NCBI GenBank assembly: GCA_964386625.1
Contig: CAYLTF010000005.1
Location: 1 to 61,592, forward strand
Length of the DNA: 61,592 bases
Direction: 5' to 3'
From: an uncultured Akkermansia sp.
GTDB taxonomy: Bacteria > Verrucomicrobiota > Verrucomicrobiia > Limisphaerales > UBA9464
Below, piece by piece: positions 37,600 to 46,034 of the stretch. The stretch's first letter is position 1, and each line of letters opens with the position of its first letter. Both the position numbers and the translations under genes were made by a program. The notes beneath the pieces were generated by a model. The model was not told the origin of the DNA and did not search any database. It worked only from the letters and a program-made list of their open reading frames with translations.

Positions 37600-39266
37600 C
37601 GAGCCCCTCCCTTCCGGGGATTCTCAAGGGACATGTCGTCGGCGGGCCGGGCCGGGGGGTGTAGCTTGTTCAGGTCGAACTTGAGCTTGGCCGGAACGGT
37701 GAGCTCGACCGTGGTGCGGAAGTTGTACCCGTTGCGATCAGCGCCCGGGGTCACGGCCAGGGGCTTCACATCGTAGCCGGCGGCCCGCAGCAGACGGTCG
37801 ACCTTGCCGAGGATCTCGCCGTTGCGGGCCTGGACTCCCAGGCGGATGGCCCGGTTGGGTCCGAAGGCGACGGAAGTCAGGTAGATCTCCTCGCTGGGCG
37901 GCAGCACCGCGCTCAAGTGGGCATAGTGGTCGAGCCAGTCGCGCTCCTCGGCCGACCAGGCCTTCAAGGTGGCCGCCTGCTGGATCATCTGGCGGTAGAC
38001 CGGCCGCTTCTTCTCTCCGGTGGTCAGCTCCGACTGGAGGGCGGCGAGCACGGCCTCACGCCGGCTGATCAGCGTCTTGCGCACCCCGAGCACCACGACC
38101 AGGACCGCGACCGCCGCGGCGGCCCCGGCGATCATTCGGATCTTCCGGAGGTCGGGCGGAGGCGTGGGGCGCTTGGGGTTGAGGAAGTCGAATTCGAGGC
38201 CGGACGGGTGGGTGGCCCCCAGTGCGAGGCCGATGCTGGAGAAGCCGCTCGCCACCGCCGCCGCGTCGGATCGTTCCAGGCCAAGCGCGTGAGCGGGTGC
38301 GACCTGGGGCACGGCGAACCCGAGGCGGGTCTGGAGCGCGATCGAAAGGGCCTCTTCATGGCCGGTGCCGCCGAGGATGGCCGCGGCCTCCGGTGCGGTG
38401 CGCCCGGCGGTGCCGCCGAAGGCGTGCAGGCTCCGCACCACCTCGATCGTCGCCGTCCGGACCCATTGCTCGGCATCGGTCTCCGCCGCGGGGGGCATCG
38501 GAAGGCCACGGCTGAACAGCAGGGAGGATCCTTCCAGGATCTCGATGCCGACCTCCTCGGACTTGAGCGCGACCAAGGCTCGTGGCCCGGTCTGCGCCCC
38601 GGCGCCGGTGCCCGTCGCCTGGAGACAGGTGGCGTTCGCCTGCGAGATCCAGCCCACGGCGGCCAGTGAAAGACCCGCGGCCTCGGCCAACCGCCGGAGG
38701 AACTCGAGGGACTCCTGCCGGGTGACGGCCACCAGCACCTCGACACGGTCCACAGAATCGTGGGCCGTCGCCGGGGACGACGCCTGCGTGTCGCCCTCGC
38801 CAGGCTCGCGTGCGGGAAGTCGGCGGAGGATCTGGAAATCGATGATCGCCTCGTCCAGTCGGAAGGGCAGGTCGCGCGCCACCTGGAAGCGGACGAGGGA
38901 CGCGATGGTGCCGGTCAGCCCGGTGTCGGGGACCGCCACCGTCCGGAGGATCACCTGCGAGCGGCCGATCCCGAGCACCACGGGGCCGGGTTTGATCCGG
39001 GCCTTGGCCAGCGCCTTCGCGATGGCCGTCCCGAGGACGGAGGCATCGGTCCGATCGGCGTCGTCCGGCAGTTCGAGGGCCAAGGCGCGGACCTGGTCGA
39101 CGCGGCTCGAGTTGCCCGATCGGGTGGCCTCGGCGATGCGGAGCACCCGGCCGTCGACCTCCAGCGCCGTCACCGCAGGCAGGCCACGGACCGTGGGGCG
39201 CGAACCTGCCCCCCCGGGGAGTCGGGATCGGATCTGACCGGTCAAATCTTTGAGGGAAATTCCCAT
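37596..39266 (-). CDS. PilM-like (actin-fold) / PilN-like fusion; functional analogue of GspL
   Basis: I prefer the ATG at 39266; the track start is a GTG at 39290. The N-terminal ~380 aa resemble PilM ('VLGIGRSQVILRTVAVP', 'LVRFQVARDLPFRLDEAIIDFQIL'). One TM follows ('IRMIAGAAAAVAVLVVVLGV'), then a periplasmic ~160-aa domain. The stop overlaps the next gene's start (ATGA at 37596-37599). Confidence 0.6.
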   Translation of the reverse strand: MGISLKDLTGQIRSRLPGGAGSRPTVRGLPAVTALEVDGRVLRIAEATRSGNSSRVDQVRALALELPDDADRTDASVLGTAIAKALAKARIKPGPVVLGIGRSQVILRTVAVPDTGLTGTIASLVRFQVARDLPFRLDEAIIDFQILRRLPAREPGEGDTQASSPATAHDSVDRVEVLVAVTRQESLEFLRRLAEAAGLSLAAVGWISQANATCLQATGTGAGAQTGPRALVALKSEEVGIEILEGSSLLFSRGLPMPPAAETDAEQWVRTATIEVVRSLHAFGGTAGRTAPEAAAILGGTGHEEALSIALQTRLGFAVPQVAPAHALGLERSDAAAVASGFSSIGLALGATHPSGLEFDFLNPKRPTPPPDLRKIRMIAGAAAAVAVLVVVLGVRKTLISRREAVLAALQSELTTGEKKRPVYRQMIQQAATLKAWSAEERDWLDHYAHLSAVLPPSEEIYLTSVAFGPNRAIRLGVQARNGEILGKVDRLLRAAGYDVKPLAVTPGADRNGYNFRTTVELTVPAKLKFDLNKLHPPARPADDMSLENPRKGGAR

Positions 39267-39431
39267 GTTGCTTTGGACTCGAGGAAACACCGCCAGAATG
39301 CCACAGCGCTCGACGAGTCGCCAACACCCGACGCTGGCGAGCCGTGGCTTATTTCAGCTGATTTTCGAGGCGGCCCCGGGCGGTTTTCCGGGGTTTTGTC
39401 CGGGCCGGTGCCGTCACCCTCCCGCCTGCGT

Positions 39432-40871
39432 TCAGGGGCGGGGTCCCGTCGGTGCCGCCGTGTCTGTTCCGGTCGATTGGACCGGATCGTCCGATGGGAT
39501 TCCCTCCTCGGATTCCAGGCGGATCGGGAAGGGGAGCCCCAGGCGGGTGAGATCCCTCAGATATACCAGTCGGGTCGGCGGGCTGGAGGCATCGATGACG
39601 GCTTCCAGGATTCGAAACCGCCCGGACCGTGCGCCATAAGCCAGCACCTGGAACCGGAACTGGAGGCTGCGGGTCGTGAGGAATGGGGCGATCTCCCGGA
39701 ACCGTTCGGCGTCCACCAGGTTCTCCACATGGATCCAGGCGATCGATGCCCGTCGCTCCGCAGGCAGGTTCCGTCGGGCCGAGAGGATGCTCTCGGCGAG
39801 GGCGTTGTCGATGCCGGGCACGAGTTGCAGCACGCTGGCCGGGGCGGTGTTGACGTTGATCCGGCCGACGAGCTCAGCCTCGGCGGATCCGGTGAACCGG
39901 TCGAGCACCAGGGCCAACGAGTCTTTGCCGATCCCGGTGGGCACCGATCGCTCCTGTCCGTCCGGACCGCTCAGCGTGACCGTGGCATCCAGCAGTTCCG
40001 CCGGATCGAGCACCACGCTCTTGGAGGCTCCCAGTTCCGCGACGAACGCCACGAAGGCGGGCGGGAGATCGTTGGTCTCGGTGAGGGTCGCCCCGGGGGT
40101 GTTGAGGTGGAAGCGGCGTTTCCCGTTCCGGTCGGTGTTGGGTTCGCGTGAATAGACCGTCAGCAGCGGCAGCAACCCTGGATTGAGGCGTCCGTCGGCG
40201 TCGTCCGGCGGTTCCCGCTCGTCGCCGTCATCCTCGTTCGGATCGAGGGAGAAGTTGCGGTTGGCATCTTCTCCGAGGACGACCGCCGGCGTGAAACCAC
40301 GGACGAGCAGCAATTGTTCGACCGTGGACAGGGCTCCATTGTGGATGCGGTAGGGTTGCGGCAGGGCGCTGTAGTATTCCTGCTCGGCTCCCTCGGGACG
40401 GGGCACATCATCCGCGTCGAGGAAATCGAGCAGTGCGTCGGTGAGCGAGGCCTTCATCCCGGGCAATCGGCTGACCATCGACGTGGTCGCGGAGTTGAGA
40501 TTGAGCTTCGAAGCCTCGTCGGTGAGACCGAATCGGATGCCTCCCTCGGGGTTCGCCGAATAGATCGTCCATCGCCACTCCTCGGACCCGTCGTCGTAGA
40601 GCACGCGGTCTTTGAAGCGCTCCGGGGCGTCCATCCAGGAGGTGTCGCCGGCCTGCAGTCCCGAAGCCAGACGCATCGCTTCGCGCACTCCGCTCATCGC
40701 CGTCGACCACCCCTGTTCTGCAGTGGAACCGGTCGCCCCGGCGGTCTCTTCGGAGCGCATGCGGAACATCAGGCTCAGGGCGATCATCGACATCAGCATC
40801 ACCACGACGAGGACCCCCACGAGGACGAAAGCCCGGGGGGATTGTGCGGAACCCAAACGAGGGGTCCTCAT
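39432..40871 (-). CDS. gspK: Type II secretion minor pseudopilin GspK-like
   Basis: The ATG at 40871 overlaps the gspJ-like stop. The hydrophobic N-terminus lacks Glu5 ('PRAFVLVGVLVVVMLMSMIALSL'). Two helix-hairpin-helix-like segments are typical of GspK ('LNLNSATTSMVSRLPGM', 'INVNTAPASVLQLVPGIDNALAESI'). Confidence 0.75.
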   Translation of the reverse strand: MRTPRLGSAQSPRAFVLVGVLVVVMLMSMIALSLMFRMRSEETAGATGSTAEQGWSTAMSGVREAMRLASGLQAGDTSWMDAPERFKDRVLYDDGSEEWRWTIYSANPEGGIRFGLTDEASKLNLNSATTSMVSRLPGMKASLTDALLDFLDADDVPRPEGAEQEYYSALPQPYRIHNGALSTVEQLLLVRGFTPAVVLGEDANRNFSLDPNEDDGDEREPPDDADGRLNPGLLPLLTVYSREPNTDRNGKRRFHLNTPGATLTETNDLPPAFVAFVAELGASKSVVLDPAELLDATVTLSGPDGQERSVPTGIGKDSLALVLDRFTGSAEAELVGRINVNTAPASVLQLVPGIDNALAESILSARRNLPAERRASIAWIHVENLVDAERFREIAPFLTTRSLQFRFQVLAYGARSGRFRILEAVIDASSPPTRLVYLRDLTRLGLPFPIRLESEEGIPSDDPVQSTGTDTAAPTGPRP

Positions 40872-41656
40872 GGGGCCGGGACCTCCTCTGCCATCGCCGG
40901 TTCGACCATCGCGGCGGGTTGTGCAAGCGCCGCGGGCAGCGCGATGACCCGGCGGAACACCTCGAACGGGTAGTCGGCCGGCGCGTCGCCGGTATCCGTG
41001 ACCTCGTCGGGGAATGTCTCTTCGATGGGGTCCAGGCCGAGCGAAACCTCGACGGCAGACGGCGGTTCGGCCTTGTCCCATGCGCTCTGCCAACGGGATC
41101 CATCCCAGTACCGGAAACGCAGATAACCGATGGCCTCCGAGAGGAGCGCGCCACCCGAGGATGGGATCGAGTTCGTGCCGCCGACCGAGGGCGATTCGAT
41201 CTCGGTGGGCAGGTTGGTGGAGACCGCGGCGCTGGCCGTATGCGCCCGTTCCTGCCGGAACAATCCTGGTTGATTGGTGTCGGACGACCATCGGTAGGCG
41301 ACCTCCATCCAATCGGCCTCCGCGATCGCAGCCCGGCCCAGATTCCCTCCGCGCCAGGGAGTCTTGGACGGAACCGCCGTGTGGAGCATCCGCAGGGAGC
41401 GGGAATCACCGGAGAGGATCGGGGTCCCCGGGGTCGCGGGTGGAACCGTGCGCAGTTCGCTGCTGATCCGATCCATCACCAAGCGCACTGCGGAAAGGGC
41501 GTCGGCCTTGCGCAGGATCTCTTCGCGGAGGACCGAAGCCTGTCGATAGAACACCAGGACGCCCGTGAGCAGGCCGACGGCGATCACGATCGCCAGGACC
41601 ACCTCGATCAGGGTGAATCCACCGGCATCCCCGGGGTTGCGCCTTGGAATCGTCAT
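40868..41656 (-). CDS. gspJ: Minor pseudopilin GspJ-like (prepilin-type N-terminal cleavage/methylation domain)
   Basis: 'GDAGG/FTLIEVVLAIVIAVGLL' prepilin site with Glu5, and a 'LRFRYWDGSRWQSAWD' segment typical of GspJ. 262 aa. Confidence 0.65.
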   Translation of the reverse strand: MTIPRRNPGDAGGFTLIEVVLAIVIAVGLLTGVLVFYRQASVLREEILRKADALSAVRLVMDRISSELRTVPPATPGTPILSGDSRSLRMLHTAVPSKTPWRGGNLGRAAIAEADWMEVAYRWSSDTNQPGLFRQERAHTASAAVSTNLPTEIESPSVGGTNSIPSSGGALLSEAIGYLRFRYWDGSRWQSAWDKAEPPSAVEVSLGLDPIEETFPDEVTDTGDAPADYPFEVFRRVIALPAALAQPAAMVEPAMAEEVPAP

Positions 41657-42087
41657 GGCTCGGCAGGGGGTTCTTCCGGGGTCCCCGGGGCAGAATCGCC
41701 GGCGCTCAACGACGGCGTCTGGATGACTTGGGCCAACCGTCGCACCACTTCCGGATCGGCATGACGAACGATGATCTCATGCGGAGTCCCTGGGGTGTCT
41801 CCGCTGGGCGGGACGATCTGCCAGGTCCAGTTGGTGAAAGGAGGCTGGAAGGGGGCCGGCCCCAGGACCGCGGCCGATCGAAGACCGACCTCGAGTTCTG
41901 CGACCACCGAAGCGGCCAAGTTGTCGGCGTGGGCTCCCAACCGCAGCCGCTCCTCGCTATCGATGGCCGACTGGAGGGCGCTGCTGATCACCGCCGCAGC
42001 CGCCACGAAAAGGACCAGGGCCAGCACCACCTCGAGCAACACCGAGCCCGTTTCGGGTCGGGCTTGGATCTGGGGCCGCTTCAGCAT
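41653..42087 (-). CDS. gspI: Minor pseudopilin GspI-like
   Basis: 144 aa. 'PETG/SVLLEVVLALVLFVAAAAV' is a prepilin-like site with Glu5. Size and position between the H-like and J-like genes fit GspI. Confidence 0.55.
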   Translation of the reverse strand: MLKRPQIQARPETGSVLLEVVLALVLFVAAAAVISSALQSAIDSEERLRLGAHADNLAASVVAELEVGLRSAAVLGPAPFQPPFTNWTWQIVPPSGDTPGTPHEIIVRHADPEVVRRLAQVIQTPSLSAGDSAPGTPEEPPAEP

Positions 42088-42129
42088 CGCGGGAACAGGC
42101 GCTCGGGGCGATGCCCCCGCAACAAGGAC

Positions 42130-43065
42130 TCAGCGTCGGCCCCGGGATGTCGTCGTCGAGGCGGTCGCGCGCGGCGACAGCCTCGATGGGGAGGACTCGT
42201 AGACAGCCGAACCCGCATCGGCGGGGGACGCGGTTCCGGACGACGGGTTCGCCGAAGTCCCACGCGTCGAGGCAACCGGATCACGGCTCTCGCTCGTGCC
42301 CGCAGCGCTGGACGATTCCTTCCAGTGCCGTCGGGTGGTGCCGGTGACGCTCTCGAGATGCACGGCCACCTCGCGGACATCGTCGCTGTCGCGGCTGGCC
42401 AAGACGATGGTCGCTCCGTCGCAGGAACCGTCGGGGTAGAAGGTGATCGTCGTTTCTCCGGGATTGGAGCCGCCCGCGGCCCGGGTCGAGGTGTCGGGAC
42501 CAGGATCCGCCCCGGATTCCGAATCACCGCTCCCGGAGGCGGGAAACGCGAGGGCAGCCGAGGCGGCGGTGCCGGACTCGAAAGCGTCGCCGTCGATCGA
42601 GGCCGTCGCCGATTCCACTCCTTTGGAGTCACGACCGACGGAACGGATCTCGACCAGTTCCGAGACATCGGTGACCTCGGCCGAGAGGGATGGGATGGGC
42701 TCGAACACCCCCGGAGCCCTCGCGGGATCGGCTTCCCAGAGGATGCTCAGGGAGGGGGCGGATTCACCGGTCCCGGTGGCGTCGGGGTTTCCCTTGGGTG
42801 TCCCCGGCGTGGAGACTCCCGGGGCTTCGGCGGCGGTCACCACGACCTGGACCTTGCGGCCGGTGTTGGCCGCATGGGCACGGGCGAACCGCATGGCGGT
42901 TTCCACCCGCTCGACCCCTTCGTTGAGTTGGGCGCTCCGCTGCAGGCTGGAGAAGCCGAAGACGGCCGCGGCCATCAATCCTGCCAGCAGGGTCACGGCC
43001 AGGAGCAGCTCCACCAGAGTGAAGCCACCTGTGCGCAACCGGCGATGGCGGGAGGTCAGCATCAT
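42130..43065 (-). CDS. gspH: Pseudopilin GspH/FimT-like with extended low-complexity C-terminal region
   Basis: ATG at 43065. 'RLRTGG/FTLVELLLAVTLLAGLMAAAV' prepilin site, followed by 'LQRSAQLNEGVERVETAMRFARAHAANTGRKVQVVV', which resembles the GspH/FimT domain start. At 311 aa it is longer than usual, with S/G/T/A/D-rich stretches. Confidence 0.6.
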   Translation of the reverse strand: MMLTSRHRRLRTGGFTLVELLLAVTLLAGLMAAAVFGFSSLQRSAQLNEGVERVETAMRFARAHAANTGRKVQVVVTAAEAPGVSTPGTPKGNPDATGTGESAPSLSILWEADPARAPGVFEPIPSLSAEVTDVSELVEIRSVGRDSKGVESATASIDGDAFESGTAASAALAFPASGSGDSESGADPGPDTSTRAAGGSNPGETTITFYPDGSCDGATIVLASRDSDDVREVAVHLESVTGTTRRHWKESSSAAGTSESRDPVASTRGTSANPSSGTASPADAGSAVYESSPSRLSPRATASTTTSRGRR

Positions 43066-43081
43066 GGCCGTGCCTTGTCGA

Positions 43082-43627
43082 TCACGGGTTCGATCCGCCC
43101 GAGGATCCGCCGGCATTGGCGCCGCCGGCACCCGAGGTGTCGGATTCGGTGGACATCTTGATGTCGTCGTCGTTGTCGGGCTGCCCGTCGGGGCCGACCG
43201 AGAAAAGTTTGTAGGGCAGGGCCGACTTGGCCCCGTCGGAACCTTGCGACCGATCGACGACCTCGTAGCGGATCGGGAAGCCCCACGGGTCGTCCAGGCG
43301 GGTGCCCGGCTTGAGGTAGGGCCCTTGCCACTTCTCACCCTGGCGCTCGTTCTCGAAGGTGGGCTTGGTCAGCAACGCATTGAGACCGCCCTCTTGTTCC
43401 GTCGGATAGTGGCCGAGATTCAGGCGGTAGGTGTCGAGGGCGCTGGAGATGTTGTTGAGCAGCAGCCGGGTGGTGTTCTTCTCGGCGCCCTCCTGTTGAG
43501 GCAGCACGAACACGACCAGGGCTCCGGCCAGGAGCAGGATGATCACGATGACCAGCAGGATTTCGATGAGCGTGAAGCCGGCGGCCTGGCGGACGCGGCG
43601 AGCGGAGTTTTGGAGCGGGAGTCTCAT
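43082..43627 (-). CDS. gspG: Type II secretion major pseudopilin GspG-like
   Basis: 181 aa. 'RQAAG/FTLIEILLVIVIILLLAGALV' prepilin site, and a GspG-like core ('ISSALDTYRLNLGHYPTEQEGLNALL...WQGPYLK...DPWGFPIRY'). Confidence 0.8.
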   Translation of the reverse strand: MRLPLQNSARRVRQAAGFTLIEILLVIVIILLLAGALVVFVLPQQEGAEKNTTRLLLNNISSALDTYRLNLGHYPTEQEGGLNALLTKPTFENERQGEKWQGPYLKPGTRLDDPWGFPIRYEVVDRSQGSDGAKSALPYKLFSVGPDGQPDNDDDIKMSTESDTSGAGGANAGGSSGGSNP

Positions 43628-43759
43628 GCGGTTGAAGAACTGAATCCTAATGAGTGCCGACGGTTCGCGCCTAGAGACAATTCAACCCATTTTCTGCCCG
43701 GGACGGGAATCCTCACGGCACCCGGGGTGTGATCCGCCGGGTATCCGCGCTGCCGAATG

Positions 43760-43794
43760 AAAAAGACCGGAATCCCGTGCGGGAATTCCGGTCT
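43760..43794 (-). terminator. Strong intrinsic terminator after ilvB, separating it from the pseudopilin operon
   Basis: The minus strand reads AGACCGGAATTCCCG-CA-CGGGATTCCGGTCT, a ~13-bp stem with one bulged A and a small apical loop (the innermost G-C pair presumably opens), followed by TTTTT. It lies 62 nt downstream of the ilvB stop. Confidence 0.6.
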
Positions 43795-43855
43795 TGAGAG
43801 ATCGGCTTGGAAGGCTGGGGGCCCGTTCTGGGTGGATGAGCCCGCCTCGTCGTGG

Positions 43856-45727
43856 TCACCAGCGCATGTCGGCCACCGTGCGTCCGGCCGGGATGAAGGG
43901 CAGCACGTGCTCGGTGTACGGCGTGATGATGTCCAGCACGTAGGGGGTTTCAGCCGCCAGCATCCGCTCGAGCGCGGCACGCAGGTCTTTCCGGTACACG
44001 ACGCGCTCGCAAGGCACACCGAAGCTGGTGCACACCTTCACGTAGTCGGGATAGATGCCCGAACGGTTGTCGGGGTTGCCCAGGTAGGTGTGGCCGCGGT
44101 TGCCCTCGAAGAAGTTGTCCTCCCATTGGACCACCATGCCCAAGTGCTGGTTGTTCAGCACGATGGCCTTGGCCGCGATCTTCTCGACGTGGGCGGTGGC
44201 CAACTCCTGGATGTTCATCAGGAAGGACCCGTCGCCGTCGATGTCGATGACCTGCTTGTCGGGCCGGGCGACCTTGGCTCCCAAGGCGGCCGGGTAGCCG
44301 TAGCCCATGGAACCGAGACCGGCGCTGGTGATGAACTGGCGGGCGAACTTGTACTTGTACCATTGCCCGGCCCACATCTGGTGCTGGCCGACGCCGGTCG
44401 TGATGATCGCCTCGCCTTTCGTGAGGCGCCAGAGTTCCTCGATGACCATCTGGGGCAGGATGTATTCCTCGCCCTCTTTCTGGAACGGCTTGATGTGGGC
44501 CGAGTCGATGATCTGCCCTTCGGTGGTGTACCGGAAGGGGGCCTTGGCCTTCCACTCGGCGATCTGGCTGTGCCAGGCCGGGAAGGTCTTTTTGATGCCC
44601 TTGCGCTGGGCGATCAAGGCGTTGATCCGGTGCAGGGCGTCCTTCAGGTCGCCATGGATGGCCAGGTTGGCCCGCTTGTTCTTGTGGTGCTCGGAGGGGT
44701 CGATGTCCAGGTGGACGATGGTCGCCCCCTTGGCGAACTCGCTGAAGGCACCGGTGACCCGGTCATCGAACCGGACACCGAAGGCGAGCAGCAGATCGCA
44801 GCCGTCCTTCAGTTTCACCATGGGCTCGGACGGATCGTTGCGCCGTGCGAACTCGCCATTGACCGCCCAGTTGGCGAAGGCCGCCCCGTGCATGCCCAGC
44901 CAGCGCAGGGACAGCGGGTGGTCTTCAGGGAAACCGCCGATGCCCATCAGCGTGGTGGTCAGCGGAATCTGAGTGGATTCGGCGAATTCCAGCAACTCGG
45001 CCGAGGCGCCAGCCGTGATGATGCCGCCGCCGCTGTAGATCACCGGGCGCTCGGCCTTCTCGATGAGTCCGATGATCTCGTTGAGCGCGAGTTCGTCGGC
45101 GCTCACGCGGTCGGTGTAACCGCGCAGCCGGGCCTTGACCTCGTCCAGCGTGGGCCACACGGGGCGGGCTTTCTGCTGCTGCACGTTCTTCGGGAAGTCG
45201 ATGACCACGGGTCCCGGGCGCCCGCTCTCGGCGATGTAGAACGCCTCTTTGACAATGCGCGGGATGTCGTTGATGTCGGTCACCAGGTAGGAGTGCTTCA
45301 CGATCGGCAGGGTCACGCCGATCATGTCGGTCTCCTGGAAGGCGCCTCGGCCGATCATCGACTGGGCCACCTGGCCGGTGATCGCGATCAGGGGGCAGGA
45401 ATCGACGTAGGCGTCGGCGATGGCCGTCACCAGGTTGGTCGCACCGGGACCGCTGGTCGCCATGCACACGCCGGCCTTGCCGGTGGCGCGGGCGTAGCCC
45501 TCGGCGGCGAAGCTGCCGCCCTGCTCGTGGCGCGGAAGGATGGTGCGGATCTTCGACTTGGTCAGCGACTGGTGGATCTCCATGCTCGCGCCGCCAGGGT
45601 AGGCGAAGATGACCTCGCAACCCTCGCGCTCGAGCGCCTCGACAAAGATGTCGCGCCCGAACATCAGGGGTCCGATGTCTTTGTTGCTTTGGGTCTGGTT
45701 GCTCTGCGTCGGGGTGGCCGTGCTCAT
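43856..45727 (-). CDS. ilvB: Acetolactate synthase (acetohydroxy-acid synthase) large subunit
   Basis: The ATG at 45727 gives 623 aa. ThDP-enzyme hallmarks are present: '[16 protein letters not shown]', '[16 protein letters not shown]', and the ThDP-binding '[18 protein letters not shown]...[16 protein letters not shown]'. No small-subunit gene follows; a terminator does. Confidence 0.9.
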   Translation of the reverse strand: MSTATPTQSNQTQSNKDIGPLMFGRDIFVEALEREGCEVIFAYPGGASMEIHQSLTKSKIRTILPRHEQGGSFAAEGYARATGKAGVCMATSGPGATNLVTAIADAYVDSCPLIAITGQVAQSMIGRGAFQETDMIGVTLPIVKHSYLVTDINDIPRIVKEAFYIAESGRPGPVVIDFPKNVQQQKARPVWPTLDEVKARLRGYTDRVSADELALNEIIGLIEKAERPVIYSGGGIITAGASAELLEFAESTQIPLTTTLMGIGGFPEDHPLSLRWLGMHGAAFANWAVNGEFARRNDPSEPMVKLKDGCDLLLAFGVRFDDRVTGAFSEFAKGATIVHLDIDPSEHHKNKRANLAIHGDLKDALHRINALIAQRKGIKKTFPAWHSQIAEWKAKAPFRYTTEGQIIDSAHIKPFQKEGEEYILPQMVIEELWRLTKGEAIITTGVGQHQMWAGQWYKYKFARQFITSAGLGSMGYGYPAALGAKVARPDKQVIDIDGDGSFLMNIQELATAHVEKIAAKAIVLNNQHLGMVVQWEDNFFEGNRGHTYLGNPDNRSGIYPDYVKVCTSFGVPCERVVYRKDLRAALERMLAAETPYVLDIITPYTEHVLPFIPAGRTVADMRW

Positions 45728-45778
45728 GTGTTGTTTGCTGGTTCTTGGCCGGTGGTCGTGGATTTCCCTGTTCGGAAC

Positions 45779-45809
45779 AAAAAACCCACGACCGTCGCCG
45801 GCCGTGGGT
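45779..45809 (-). terminator. Intrinsic terminator (putative attenuator) in the ilvB leader
   Basis: The minus strand reads ACCCACGGCCG-GCGA-CGGTCGTGGGT, an 11-bp stem whose one non-Watson-Crick pair is G-U on this strand only, with a GNRA tetraloop. TTTTTG follows, ~50 nt upstream of the ilvB ATG. Confidence 0.55.
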
Positions 45810-45825
45810 TCTTGTGAAAGCTGCA

Positions 45826-45903
45826 TCAAGCGTGACGACAAGTCCCATCGGCGGCCTTCGGGCCACCTACCGATACGGGTACTACCTTGTGCGTCGCGCT
45901 CAT
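45826..45903 (-). promoter_or_regulatory. Candidate Val-rich leader peptide ORF of ilvB
   Basis: 25-codon ORF '[25 protein letters not shown]' with 4 Val in residues 7-12. It ends 16 nt upstream of the terminator hairpin. Confidence 0.35.
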
Positions 45904-46034
45904 GACGATGGAACAAAATGGCCTGAATCCCGGTGGGTGGTCAAGCCCAAGCCCCAGCCATGCGGTCGAAGCGCTCGACGTCGCCAATCGGTGCCTTGCC
46001 CCCGGGGAGGCGCTGCGGTTTGATTTCCGCCGAC

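Noticed and set aside
24571-37776. Several very long plus-strand ORFs (24571..26382, 26246..27811, 27124..30942, 30967..33276, 33493..37776) antisense to the giant secretin gene.
   Set aside because: Their translations are low-complexity G/R/A/D/L/V-rich strings with no recognisable domains. The minus-strand frame gives a continuous, domain-structured secretin. Long antisense ORFs are expected in GC-rich DNA because stop codons are AT-rich.
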